The position numbers and the translations under genes are program-made. A stretch of DNA of 64,000 nt from an uncultured Verrucomicrobiae bacterium (GTDB taxonomy: Bacteria > Verrucomicrobiota > Verrucomicrobiia > Chthoniobacterales > JAFAMB01): the NCBI GenBank assembly GCA_963837955.1, contig CAWIPH010000002.1, positions 4,288,001 through 4,352,000 of the forward strand. The letters run 5' to 3'. The notes beneath the pieces were generated by a model. That model was not told where the DNA came from. It ran no database searches and was given only the letters and a program-made list of their open reading frames with translations. Numbering within the stretch: position 1 is the stretch's first letter; the number at the start of each line of letters is the position of its first letter. This document shows, one piece after another, positions 32,528 through 41,449 of this stretch.

Positions 32528-33631
32528 TTACTCCGCCAGCACAACATCCAGATCCGCAAAGAACCTGCGGTTCTGATCCATCGTGCCCACGCTCACGCGT
32601 ACCCATTCCGGCAGTTTATACTCGCCAGTGGCGCGCACGATCGTGCCCCGCAGGAGCAGTTTTCGGAAAATCTCTTGCCCGTTGCCGACCTTCACGAGAA
32701 CAAAGTTTGCCGAGCTTGGCACATACTCCAGTCCTCGTTGTTTGAATCCCTCTTCCAAAAATCGACGGCCTTCAAACGTAACCCGACGCGTGTGCTCCTG
32801 ATGTTCTTGGTCCTGTAATCCAGCAATCGCGCCGACCTGACCGATCGAATTGGCATTAAACGGTTGCCGACACTTTTGCACGACTTGAATTAGTTGAGGA
32901 TGCGCCAATCCGTATCCAATCCGAAGCGCTGCCAATCCTTGAATCTTGGAAAAAGTCCGTAGCACGATCACGTTCATGTGATCGTGAATGTAGCGGAGCG
33001 TCGGCGGCGGATCCGGCAGAAACTCGTAATACGCCTCATCCAGTACGATGATCACCTCTCTGGGAACTTGCTCGATGAGTCGTTCGATTGCCTCATCATT
33101 CACCATGGTCCCGGTCGGATTATTTGGGTTGGCCAGATAAATTAGTTTTGTTCGAGGTGTCACGGCCCGCGCCATTGCGTCGACATCAGCCGTCAGCTCC
33201 GGATCAGGAACTTCGATCGCGCTTGCACCGAAGAGATGCGCCATCAGCTTGTAAATGACGAATGCGTGATCTGCTACGATGATATTGTCGCCCGGTTGCA
33301 GAAACGCGTGCCCCAAGAATTCGATTATTTCGTTAGATCCATTCCCGAGCACGATGTTTTCCAGAGCAAGCTGAAACTTTTGAGCAATCGCGACGCGCAG
33401 GTGATAGCCTCCACCGTCGGGATAGTAATGAGCTTTGAGCAACGCCTCCTGCATGGCAGCCACCGCTTTGGGAGAAGGACCGATCGGGTTTTCATTTGAA
33501 GCCAACTTGATGATCTGGTCAGGCTTCAGCCCAAGCTCCCGCGCCACGTCCTCGATCGGCTTACCAGGGATATAGCTAACGATATCGTTTAGCCAGGCAT
33601 TAGCGCGCGGCGGCAGAGCAGTGTGGGTCAT
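32528..33631 (-). CDS. hisC: histidinol-phosphate aminotransferase
   Basis: KLASNENP, GNGSNE, NPNNPTG, DEAYYE and RTFSK..GLAALRIGY motifs. Confidence 0.95.
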   Translation of the reverse strand: MTHTALPPRANAWLNDIVSYIPGKPIEDVARELGLKPDQIIKLASNENPIGPSPKAVAAMQEALLKAHYYPDGGGYHLRVAIAQKFQLALENIVLGNGSNEIIEFLGHAFLQPGDNIIVADHAFVIYKLMAHLFGASAIEVPDPELTADVDAMARAVTPRTKLIYLANPNNPTGTMVNDEAIERLIEQVPREVIIVLDEAYYEFLPDPPPTLRYIHDHMNVIVLRTFSKIQGLAALRIGYGLAHPQLIQVVQKCRQPFNANSIGQVGAIAGLQDQEHQEHTRRVTFEGRRFLEEGFKQRGLEYVPSSANFVLVKVGNGQEIFRKLLLRGTIVRATGEYKLPEWVRVSVGTMDQNRRFFADLDVVLAE

Positions 33632-33737
33632 GAATCAAACCTTTAATCCGAAAACCTCGAGCAGCAAACCAGATGTCCATTCAAATGCTCTTTAGCCAGC
33701 TCGCCAATACCTTGCATTAGCATAGGTCCGACTTACA

Positions 33738-34016
33738 ATGACTTTTCTGGGGTCGACTGCGGTGAGATGGACGGTTCTTAGCAAATTAATTCTCCTTCTG
33801 GGGTATGCGAGTAGCAGCGCCATTTGCCTGGGCTCAGCATTGGTGTCGGTGGGCTTACTTTACAACGAAGCGGTCGTAATAAAGGTCTTGGTTTACCTCC
33901 TCTTTACTGTAGCGGGAACCGCTGCTGGATTTTATCTCTACTTTTGCGCTTTGAGGGTTTTCTCACCGAAACGCCGCGTATTTAGCTATCCCGTCGCACA
34001 CCACCAAAAGCTCTGA
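33738..34016 (+). CDS. hypothetical small membrane protein
   Basis: 92 aa with two hydrophobic segments, fills the hisC-recQ gap; no family recognised. Confidence 0.45.
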   Translation: MTFLGSTAVRWTVLSKLILLLGYASSSAICLGSALVSVGLLYNEAVVIKVLVYLLFTVAGTAAGFYLYFCALRVFSPKRRVFSYPVAHHQKL

Positions 34017-34054
34017 ACTCATTCGCCGATTCCGGAAGAACTAGAGAGTATTTC

Positions 34055-36076
34055 CTACTTCGGTCGCAAAGGAACATGACTCCGCTGAGCGGGTCGTTTT
34101 GGAGAATTTGACTCAGACGAGTATCGACTGGAAACCCGGATAGACCCAACGAACTGTTCCGCGGTCTCCAGTACGGTCTGAAATGGAACCTCCGCCAAGC
34201 TTCCAAAATCCGGGTCCTTGTTGAGTTTCGTCTGGGTGAGCAATGGGGAGGTCAGTCCGCAGAGAAACCGTGCGATCTGTCTGGGTGAACTTAGCGCTGC
34301 GCTATATTGCTGTCGGAGGAGCGCAATCTTCGCGAGGTCTACCCGCGGTGGCTTCGTCTCGCGGGTGACTCGCACAGCGTGATTGGTAGTTCCAGAGCAG
34401 TTGTCGCAATGCCCGCAGTCCCGACCGAGATCTTCGCCAAAATAGTGAAGCAGATAGCGCACGATGCATCCGGAATGTTCAGCCAATTGAACAACTTCTC
34501 GGACACGGTTGACGTCTTTGCTTTCTCGGGTCTGGAAGCGTTCAACCAATCTGGATTTGAGCGCCTGCACATCTGTGGGGCGGCTCTCTATTCGGTAGCC
34601 TTGACGTAACCCTGCGACCTTGAGAGACAGGTCACCTCTTTCTTCCAGGAAGGTGAGTGCTTTGATGATGCGTCCGCGCGTGGTTTTCAACCGATGCACC
34701 GCCTTATTCAGATCGATAGAAAGCCATTTTTTGGCCTTCATTGCGCTCGAAAAAATAGCGCCTACAAAGTCTGCACGGGTAGCGTCAAACCGCGCAAGAA
34801 TCTCTCTCGAAGGTTTGAGAGGCATGAACTGATACTCGTTGTAGAATGGTTCGGTCGCTTCAATGACATCAGCCAGCTCGAGATAAGTGAGCAACGTCTC
34901 AACCACTAACGGCCGAACATCATGGGCACGCGATAACTCGTAAACCGAGATATCAAATTGGCTGCCATTCCTGAGTATCTCGTCAACGATCGCACCGATG
35001 CTCGCGGCGTCTGGAGTATCACCATAAGTAAAGTTTTCCAAAACGGTAACGTCGCTGCCGCAGGCTAACATCTCGCAGGTGGACTCTTTTCCATCCCGGC
35101 CTGCACGTCCGATTTCCTGAGAATAGTTTTCGAGGCTTTTGGGCAAGTCATAGTGATAGACATAACGGATGTTGGATTTATCGATGCCCATACCGAAAGC
35201 GATGGTTGCTACCACGATTGCATCCGTGGAATTCATGAACCAATCCTGAACTGCGCTCCGTTCCTCGTTTCGCATGCCGGCGTGGTAAGCACGCGCAGGA
35301 AACCCCTCTCTGGCCAACTCTTTACCCAAAGCTTCGGCTGTACGCTGCAGGGTCACATAGACGATCGTAGAGCCTCGCGGACGGTCTTTGAGGTGGTTCA
35401 ACAAAAGCGCGATCTTCTGGTTGGAATGACACGGAGTGACCCGCAGTGTCAGATTCGGACGATAGAAGCCGGTATGAACGAATGCATCGCTCTCAATCCG
35501 AAACTCGCGGCAAATGTCTTGGGCCACGCTAGGCGTTGCCGTCGCGGTAAGCGTGAGAACACGACGAATGTCGAGACTGCGCGCCAATCGAGCCAATTTC
35601 AAATAGTCCGGCCGAAAATTGTGGCCCCACTCCGAGATACAATGCGCCTCGTCGATAACCATCAATGAGATTTTGAGCTGGCCCAGTTTCTGAATAAATC
35701 GCTCATTGGAGAATCGCTCTGGCGCCACGTAGAGCAGCTTGAGGCGGCCAGCACGCAGGTCTGAATCGATTCGTCGGATTTCCTCTAGTTCGATCGTGGA
35801 ATCGAGTCGAGCTGCCGGGATTTGGCGTTTGCGCAGAAAATCGATTTGATCTTTCATCAACGCGATCAAAGGCGAAACGACCAAGGTCAAGCCTTCAAGA
35901 TGAAGGGCGCTGAGCTGGTAGCAGAGGCTCTTACCGCTACCGGTAGGAAAAACCGCCAGCGCGGATTTGCTTTCCAGAATCTTGGTAATAATTGGCTCTT
36001 GGCCTTCGCGAAACGAGTCGAAGCCAAACACGTTCTTTAGCGTCGAGTGAATGGATGTATTTGGCGAATTCACCAT
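34055..36076 (-). CDS. recQ: RecQ family ATP-dependent DNA helicase
   Basis: PTGSGKSLCYQ, DEAHCISEWGHNFRP, TATAT, AFGMGIDK, QEIGRAGRDG and Zn-binding CGHCDNC motifs. Confidence 0.95.
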   Translation of the reverse strand: MVNSPNTSIHSTLKNVFGFDSFREGQEPIITKILESKSALAVFPTGSGKSLCYQLSALHLEGLTLVVSPLIALMKDQIDFLRKRQIPAARLDSTIELEEIRRIDSDLRAGRLKLLYVAPERFSNERFIQKLGQLKISLMVIDEAHCISEWGHNFRPDYLKLARLARSLDIRRVLTLTATATPSVAQDICREFRIESDAFVHTGFYRPNLTLRVTPCHSNQKIALLLNHLKDRPRGSTIVYVTLQRTAEALGKELAREGFPARAYHAGMRNEERSAVQDWFMNSTDAIVVATIAFGMGIDKSNIRYVYHYDLPKSLENYSQEIGRAGRDGKESTCEMLACGSDVTVLENFTYGDTPDAASIGAIVDEILRNGSQFDISVYELSRAHDVRPLVVETLLTYLELADVIEATEPFYNEYQFMPLKPSREILARFDATRADFVGAIFSSAMKAKKWLSIDLNKAVHRLKTTRGRIIKALTFLEERGDLSLKVAGLRQGYRIESRPTDVQALKSRLVERFQTRESKDVNRVREVVQLAEHSGCIVRYLLHYFGEDLGRDCGHCDNCSGTTNHAVRVTRETKPPRVDLAKIALLRQQYSAALSSPRQIARFLCGLTSPLLTQTKLNKDPDFGSLAEVPFQTVLETAEQFVGSIRVSSRYSSESNSPKRPAQRSHVPLRPK

Positions 36077-36267
36077 CTTTTACCAATCTTTCCGCGAATT
36101 ACTACAACATGCAAGAAATATGTTGTATATTTTCGAAATAAATCACGTTTTCGCTCCATTTCGCCGAAATGGCATCACCACGTGAGACCGTCTGGGAGGA
36201 CCACACAGCGCCCTTTTGTTGGCACATATGTACAGCCGTTGGATTGGGAAGAGAAGCAAGAGGGTAC

Positions 36268-36491
36268 CGTCCCGCGAGGGACGCAGTGATAGTAGCCCAG
36301 CAATTTATTGCTGGGTAAATGGTATAGAGGGGAGCCGTCCCGGTAGGGACGATCGAACGTTGAGGTAATGGTTTTCGAGTCCGACGTCATGGGCGCAGAG
36401 GATGAATCGATCGTCCCGATGGGACGGACGTGTCTTAACGCTATCCCAGCACTGAAGTGCTGGGGTACTTTCGCTGTGTCCCTCCGGGACA
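36268..36491. repeat. REPIN-like inverted pair of triple-hairpin REP units
   Basis: Left unit: cgtccc-gcga-gggacg, cccagcaat-tt-attgctggg, cgtccc-ggta-gggacg (36268-36351). Right, inverted unit: cgtccc-gat-gggacg, cccagcact-ga-agtgctggg, tgtccc-tcc-gggaca (36407-36491). Confidence 0.8.
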
Positions 36492-36909
36492 GATCTCTCG
36501 ATGTGCGTGCACAGCACTTGGCTTCTCATGAGCGTCAACGCGGTGATGCCCACTGTGAAAAACACCCGCGCAGCCGCCTTGGAGTTGCTGAAAGGGCTAC
36601 GGCCCGAACACCAGTGTGCGCTTTGCGCACACTCTCCTTAAGACCTCCGTGCCAGCTTTCCAGGATCTGCACCCGCTGCTTTGCGTCACTTAAGTCCGCA
36701 GAACGCTGGAAAACTCATGATGAGCACCTCCATTAATCGGCTCGACTCGATTCCGAGTGGTTTTGGACAACGCATCCAGAGTCATCTGAGATTCGGACCC
36801 AAAGATCGTCCAAAAAAAGCTTTGCGGACTGGCAAAGTCTACCGGATCAGTAAGGAATCCTCCCTTCGCTAGATCCCCGAATTTCTCCCAACTAATCAAG
36901 AGCCATCCA

Positions 36910-37308
36910 ATGAGTGATAACGACCCATATCTCGACAATATTGCCGACGATGCTCGAGCCCGAATCCCCGAGATTACTCCACATCAGCTAGCGCGGGCGA
37001 AACCCCTCCCGACAATCATCGATATTCGAGAGGAAGATGAGTTCATGTGTGGCCACATCAATGGGGCCAAGCACGTCAGCCGAGGCGTATTGGAGCAAAA
37101 AATACAGGAAGTGGCACCGGAACCAGCTACGCCAATCGTCGTTTATTGTGCCGTCGGCAACCGAGCCCCTTTGGCTGCGGAGAAGCTCCAACGGATGGGA
37201 TACCGAAACATTTCGTCGCTCAAGGGAGGGCTTCAAAACTGGTTGGAAGCCGGGGGTATGGTCGAGTGTCCTAAAAGTGCGCGAGACTCCTTCGCCGGGA
37301 TTCGGTGA
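36910..37308 (+). CDS. single-domain rhodanese
   Basis: IDIRE.DEF..GHI.GA, active-site YCAVGNR, L.GG...W. Confidence 0.9.
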   Translation: MSDNDPYLDNIADDARARIPEITPHQLARAKPLPTIIDIREEDEFMCGHINGAKHVSRGVLEQKIQEVAPEPATPIVVYCAVGNRAPLAAEKLQRMGYRNISSLKGGLQNWLEAGGMVECPKSARDSFAGIR

Positions 37309-38145
37309 TTAGCGAAAGGCAGCCGCATTCTCGTAACACCATTCCTCAAATGTCTTGGGCGGCCGTCTGGTTACTTGTTCCACGGTATCGGAGAGCAGGC
37401 CGCGCCCGCCGGAACGTCGGTCCCTGAATACCTCGACAAGTGCGTCGGCTACCGGTCCAGGTATGCCGTTTTTTTTCATTCCCTCTCCCACCTTTTCCTC
37501 CGGTACATCCACGTATCGGAGCGGCCTGTTTATCACTCGGGCTAAGATTTCAACTTGCTCTGCCACGGTCAGAAGTTGGGGACCGGTGAGCTCGTATGCT
37601 TGATCCTCATGCCCTGGCTCCCGCAAAGCAGCCGCGGCCACCGCGGCAACGTCCCTCGGATGGATGGGGGCGACCGTACCGCTGCCGCCGGGAAAGTAGA
37701 CTGTGCCCTGTTGCTTCACCGTCTCAGCCCAACGCAGAGCATTCGACATAAACTGTCCGGCACGAAGAAACGTCCAGGCCAGACCGGACGATCGTATCAC
37801 CTCTTCCTTGTCGTGGTGCCATCGATCGAGCTGAAGGGTCGGCCGGCCCGCGTTAAGCGTGGAAAGTTTCACGACATGCTTAAGCCCCGTACGACTGGCA
37901 GCTCCAACCACATTCCTGTCCTGCTGGGTTCCCATGTCGAGAACGACCAGGAACACTTTTTCCACGCTGCGCAGCGCTTCTTCCAACGTCTCCGGTTGCT
38001 TCAGATCTCCGACCGCGAGCTCAACTCGTTTTTCCCCCACCTTGTTTTTGTCACGAACGAAAACCCGGACCTGCTCGCCCGCTTCGAGAAGTTGGGGAAC
38101 AAGCTCTCTGCCGATAGTACCGGTCGCACCTGTAACCAGAATCAT
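37309..38145 (-). CDS. NmrA-like NAD(P)-dependent oxidoreductase
   Basis: ILVTGATGTIG Rossmann motif, SGLAWTFLR, PRDVA and YELTGP. Confidence 0.9.
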   Translation of the reverse strand: MILVTGATGTIGRELVPQLLEAGEQVRVFVRDKNKVGEKRVELAVGDLKQPETLEEALRSVEKVFLVVLDMGTQQDRNVVGAASRTGLKHVVKLSTLNAGRPTLQLDRWHHDKEEVIRSSGLAWTFLRAGQFMSNALRWAETVKQQGTVYFPGGSGTVAPIHPRDVAAVAAAALREPGHEDQAYELTGPQLLTVAEQVEILARVINRPLRYVDVPEEKVGEGMKKNGIPGPVADALVEVFRDRRSGGRGLLSDTVEQVTRRPPKTFEEWCYENAAAFR

Positions 38146-38232
38146 CAGGGATTTTAACCACACGAGACGCAGAGATCACGGAAGTTTGTCAGCCGCGAAA
38201 CGTCTTTGTTGCGACTGCCCAGCTCTCGCGAT

Positions 38233-38940
38233 TTACCGACTCCTTTTTACTCTTTCGCTGAGAAGGCTTCGACAGATGAAGCCATTGAATTCAGCGTTTC
38301 GGCGAGTCCCCGCAATTTTTCGCAGGTGACTTCTCAAATCTTGGCTATCCAATGGCATTTTGTCTACGGTTGTGAATGCCAACACCTCTTCCCCAACGTC
38401 GGGATCCATTCTGCGCAAAATGAATAAATAGAGGTTGCGCAGGGCAATTCCTTCCTGGTCGAGCTCCAAACGAATCAATTCGGAGAGACTAGCACGCGCG
38501 ATCCAATCCGGACCATACCCCCGCGTCAAGAGATACCGCAACAGTAACTCTTGTCTTCGCTCGAAGGCTTGCCCCAGAAACTTTTGGCGTATTGCGCTTA
38601 GATCGTCATCCGTCTCTCCGGGAAAAGCATCACGGAAGTCCTGCCTGAGAGCGACACTTCGATTAATCAGGTCCGCGCTAAAATGATCAAAGAGTTTCAC
38701 CGATACGTCTCTCACCCACTCCAGGGCGGTCACGGCATCTCTCATATCGCTAGCCATCAGAAAAGCGAAGTTCGGCGCACACCAGTAGGTCGGTAACCTG
38801 AAATCGATTACCACCCGGTTGCTCGAATCGATCGTCACCTCAGTCACAAAGTCCAGGGCGACGACCGATTCGTCGATTTCCGGGTCAGTGACCGCATCGA
38901 GCGCTGACCATACCTCCTCTCTTCGATCAGGAAAGGCCAT
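38233..38940 (-). CDS. DUF59 (FeS assembly/MIP18-like) domain protein with C-terminal extension
   Basis: VWSALDAVTDPEIDESVV.LDFV and RLPTYWCAPNFAFLM motifs. Confidence 0.85.
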   Translation of the reverse strand: MAFPDRREEVWSALDAVTDPEIDESVVALDFVTEVTIDSSNRVVIDFRLPTYWCAPNFAFLMASDMRDAVTALEWVRDVSVKLFDHFSADLINRSVALRQDFRDAFPGETDDDLSAIRQKFLGQAFERRQELLLRYLLTRGYGPDWIARASLSELIRLELDQEGIALRNLYLFILRRMDPDVGEEVLAFTTVDKMPLDSQDLRSHLRKIAGTRRNAEFNGFICRSLLSERVKRSR

Positions 38941-38964
38941 CTGACCAATACCTTAAGGGAAAAC

Positions 38965-40005
38965 CTACGCGACAGGTGCAGCGGTCCGTGCCGGCTCCGC
39001 CTTTTCGGAGATCGGCAGGCCGAATCTCTTGTTTTGCTCCCCGATATCAATGTTATAGAGCCGAGCCGCATTCTCACCCAGAATCTTCCTCTTCATCTCA
39101 AGCGTGAGTGGACCGGTTTCGGCCGCGAGATCTTCTGGTAGTTCGAGATCCATGAACTTCTCGATGATCCATTTCGGCTGCCAAAGCGCGTAGTCGCTGC
39201 CGAAAAGGATGCGATCAGGTCCCAACCAGAAGGTTAGCTCGCTCATAATCTCACTGAAGTAACGGGGACGGGTATGGATCAGTGCGATCGCCACGGCAAG
39301 CCCGGCGTACACATTCGGTTCCTGCGCCGCGATAAAGGTAAAATCGTTCAGCCGAGGCAATCCACAATGCTCGACGATAAAATTCAGATCCGGAAAGAGC
39401 GACGCCACTTCGTCGACGTCGCCCACGTCGAAAGCATCCTTGTTCAGTGGGCGAATGGTCGGGCCTTTATGCACGTGAATATTTTTGAGCCCGAGCTCCT
39501 GTGATTTCTCCAGGTATCGATACGACCAAGGATCAGTTAATTTCCAGCCTTTCGAGTCTCCTTTCCACTCTGCCGTATAAAGTTTGATACCTCGCCAACC
39601 ATACTTTTGTGCGTCTTGCTCGAGCTGTTTGAGCCCGGCCTCTTCATTTCGAGGATCCCAAAAGCCGTTCGTAATCACCCGGTCCGGATGCTTCTTTCTG
39701 AACGTCTCATTTCTCTCCAAGTTGGAAAAGCCATGGTGATAAAAGTCTCCCAGGTATTGTGGATTGAAGATAGCAACATCAACATAACCGTTTTCGAATA
39801 CATCCTGCTCGAAGTCTTCATCGGTATACTTTTGATATTTCTTGTACGGCCAGACGTATTCCTTCGGGCTGAGCTTATGATAGTCGTAGAAGCATTTGAT
39901 AAATTCTTCGCCGTACCGATTTTTGCAATTTTCGTCGCTGCCATCCCATAAATGAACATGGCCGTCGATGACAGAGATCTTTTCGCCGGATTTGGTAGTA
40001 AACAT
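38965..40005 (-). CDS. amidohydrolase_2 family metalloenzyme
   Basis: IDGHVH, GIKLY, HVHKGP, EHCGLP and LFGSDY motifs; KILGENAARLY. Confidence 0.9.
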   Translation of the reverse strand: MFTTKSGEKISVIDGHVHLWDGSDENCKNRYGEEFIKCFYDYHKLSPKEYVWPYKKYQKYTDEDFEQDVFENGYVDVAIFNPQYLGDFYHHGFSNLERNETFRKKHPDRVITNGFWDPRNEEAGLKQLEQDAQKYGWRGIKLYTAEWKGDSKGWKLTDPWSYRYLEKSQELGLKNIHVHKGPTIRPLNKDAFDVGDVDEVASLFPDLNFIVEHCGLPRLNDFTFIAAQEPNVYAGLAVAIALIHTRPRYFSEIMSELTFWLGPDRILFGSDYALWQPKWIIEKFMDLELPEDLAAETGPLTLEMKRKILGENAARLYNIDIGEQNKRFGLPISEKAEPARTAAPVA

Positions 40006-40033
40006 GGTGTGCTAACGTGATCTAATTTTTGGA

Positions 40034-41077
40034 TTAAGGTACGAGTACCGCGCGCCCCTTTAATTTACCGTGATGTAAGTCATGTAATGCTTGGTTTGCT
40101 TCGTGTAATTTATAATAGTTTGTCGCCAAATTAACCTTTCCCCGGTTAGCTAATTCCATGAGCTCGACTAACTCCGAATAGTTGCCCACCAGGTTCCCGA
40201 CAATCCTCCGCTCCGTACAAATCATATCTAGGGCAGAAATCCGGATCTCTCCGCCGTACCCGACAATGTAGTACGCACCGTTATTCCGGGTCATCGCTAA
40301 GCCGTTCTCGATTGAGTTACCTTCTCCGACGAAATCGATGACGGCTTCCGCGCCTTTTCCGCCGGTCAAAGCCTGAACCGCCTCAACTTGGTGTTCGTCG
40401 GCAGTAACGGTGTGATGAGCACCACACTCCTTAGCTAGCGAAAGCGCCATTTCCGAACGATCCACGGCGATGATATCCGCGGAACAGAGGGCGGCGAGGA
40501 CTTGAATGCCAATATGGCCCAAGCCACCTACCCCGATCACCACCACTCGCTCCCCGGGCAAAAGGTGCCCAGCTGCTTTCTTAGCCACGTGATAGGCCGT
40601 CAGACCAGCGTCGGCGTGAGGAGCGACATCTTTTGGAGCCAATGTCTGTGGCAGCTTTATCAATGAGCTTGCGCCAGTGCGCAACAATTCAGCGTATCCT
40701 CCGTTTGTGCTGATCCCTGGAAATTCGCTGCCCTCGACATGCATGTCATTCCCTCGCCGGGCAGCAAGGGCATGACAGTTGGAAATGAGAGGGTGGCAAA
40801 TGACTGGATCTCCACGCTTAAACCCATCGACTGCCTTTCCCACTTCTTCGACCCACCCAGCATTTTCATGCCCCATAATGTAGGGCAATTTTACACTGAC
40901 CTTCTGACGCCAGACTCCTTCGATCACATGGAGATCGGTGCGGCAGACCCCGGCACCACCAATTCGGACCACCACGTCGGTTTGATTTTGGATTTCCGGT
41001 TCCGGCACTTCTTCCAAAGCGACGAAATCCGGATTGGAGAGAGTGGTATCATACTGATGGAGTACCGCAGCTTTCAT
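40034..41077 (-). CDS. Zn-dependent NAD(P) alcohol dehydrogenase (MDR family)
   Basis: GVCRTDLH, GHENAG, DAGLTAYH, GVGGLGH and GRAVLVP motifs; the structural-Zn loop retains only some of the usual Cys. Confidence 0.92.
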   Translation of the reverse strand: MKAAVLHQYDTTLSNPDFVALEEVPEPEIQNQTDVVVRIGGAGVCRTDLHVIEGVWRQKVSVKLPYIMGHENAGWVEEVGKAVDGFKRGDPVICHPLISNCHALAARRGNDMHVEGSEFPGISTNGGYAELLRTGASSLIKLPQTLAPKDVAPHADAGLTAYHVAKKAAGHLLPGERVVVIGVGGLGHIGIQVLAALCSADIIAVDRSEMALSLAKECGAHHTVTADEHQVEAVQALTGGKGAEAVIDFVGEGNSIENGLAMTRNNGAYYIVGYGGEIRISALDMICTERRIVGNLVGNYSELVELMELANRGKVNLATNYYKLHEANQALHDLHHGKLKGRAVLVP

Positions 41078-41216
41078 AGGCTAATCACGTAAAGGGTGAA
41101 GGAGCATTGCCATTGTCGCGGAACAATGGCGTCAAAATGCAGAGGTATTTCTGACACGTTGTTTGGGGGGATTCAGCTGCCACGGAAAAGCCGTGACCTC
41201 GTACGCTAAAAAGGCA

Positions 41217-41232
41217 AGCAGTCAGCATGCCA
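41217..41232 (-). promoter_or_regulatory. sigma54 -24/-12 promoter for the adh operon
   Basis: Minus strand TGGCATGCTGACTGCT has exact GG-N10-GC spacing, about 140 bp upstream of adh and next to a sigma54 activator gene. Confidence 0.75.
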
Positions 41233-41307
41233 GACCAATTTGGGACATTCAGATCCAATTCTGTCCTGGGAAGGTCGGCAATTGCCGAATCCGCGTCGTA
41301 TCATCGA

Positions 41308-41358
41308 TGTCCCGAAACGGAACATGTGAATTTCACGAAATCGTTCCAGAACGTAACA
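41308..41358. promoter_or_regulatory. candidate tandem upstream activator sequences
   Basis: TGTcccgaaacggaACA (41308-41324) and cGTtccagaacgtaACA (41342-41358); both 17 bp, starts 34 bp apart. Confidence 0.55.
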
Positions 41359-41449
41359 GTTAACAGTGGAGCGTAAGTCACCGATCGCTCGGATTCGCTC
41401 TGTTGATTTTGGTGACCTGGAGACTAGGTTGCGGGTGCGCAGCCGCACC

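Noticed and set aside
32259..32606. N-terminal extension of MnmE (558-aa ORF)
   Set aside because: Overlaps the hisC 3' end and is not protein-like; family homology starts at MTLEDTIAA (32258).
36500..36900. Pseudogene or small genes between the REP doublet and the rhodanese gene
   Set aside because: Short ORFs in several frames, none with a recognisable motif.
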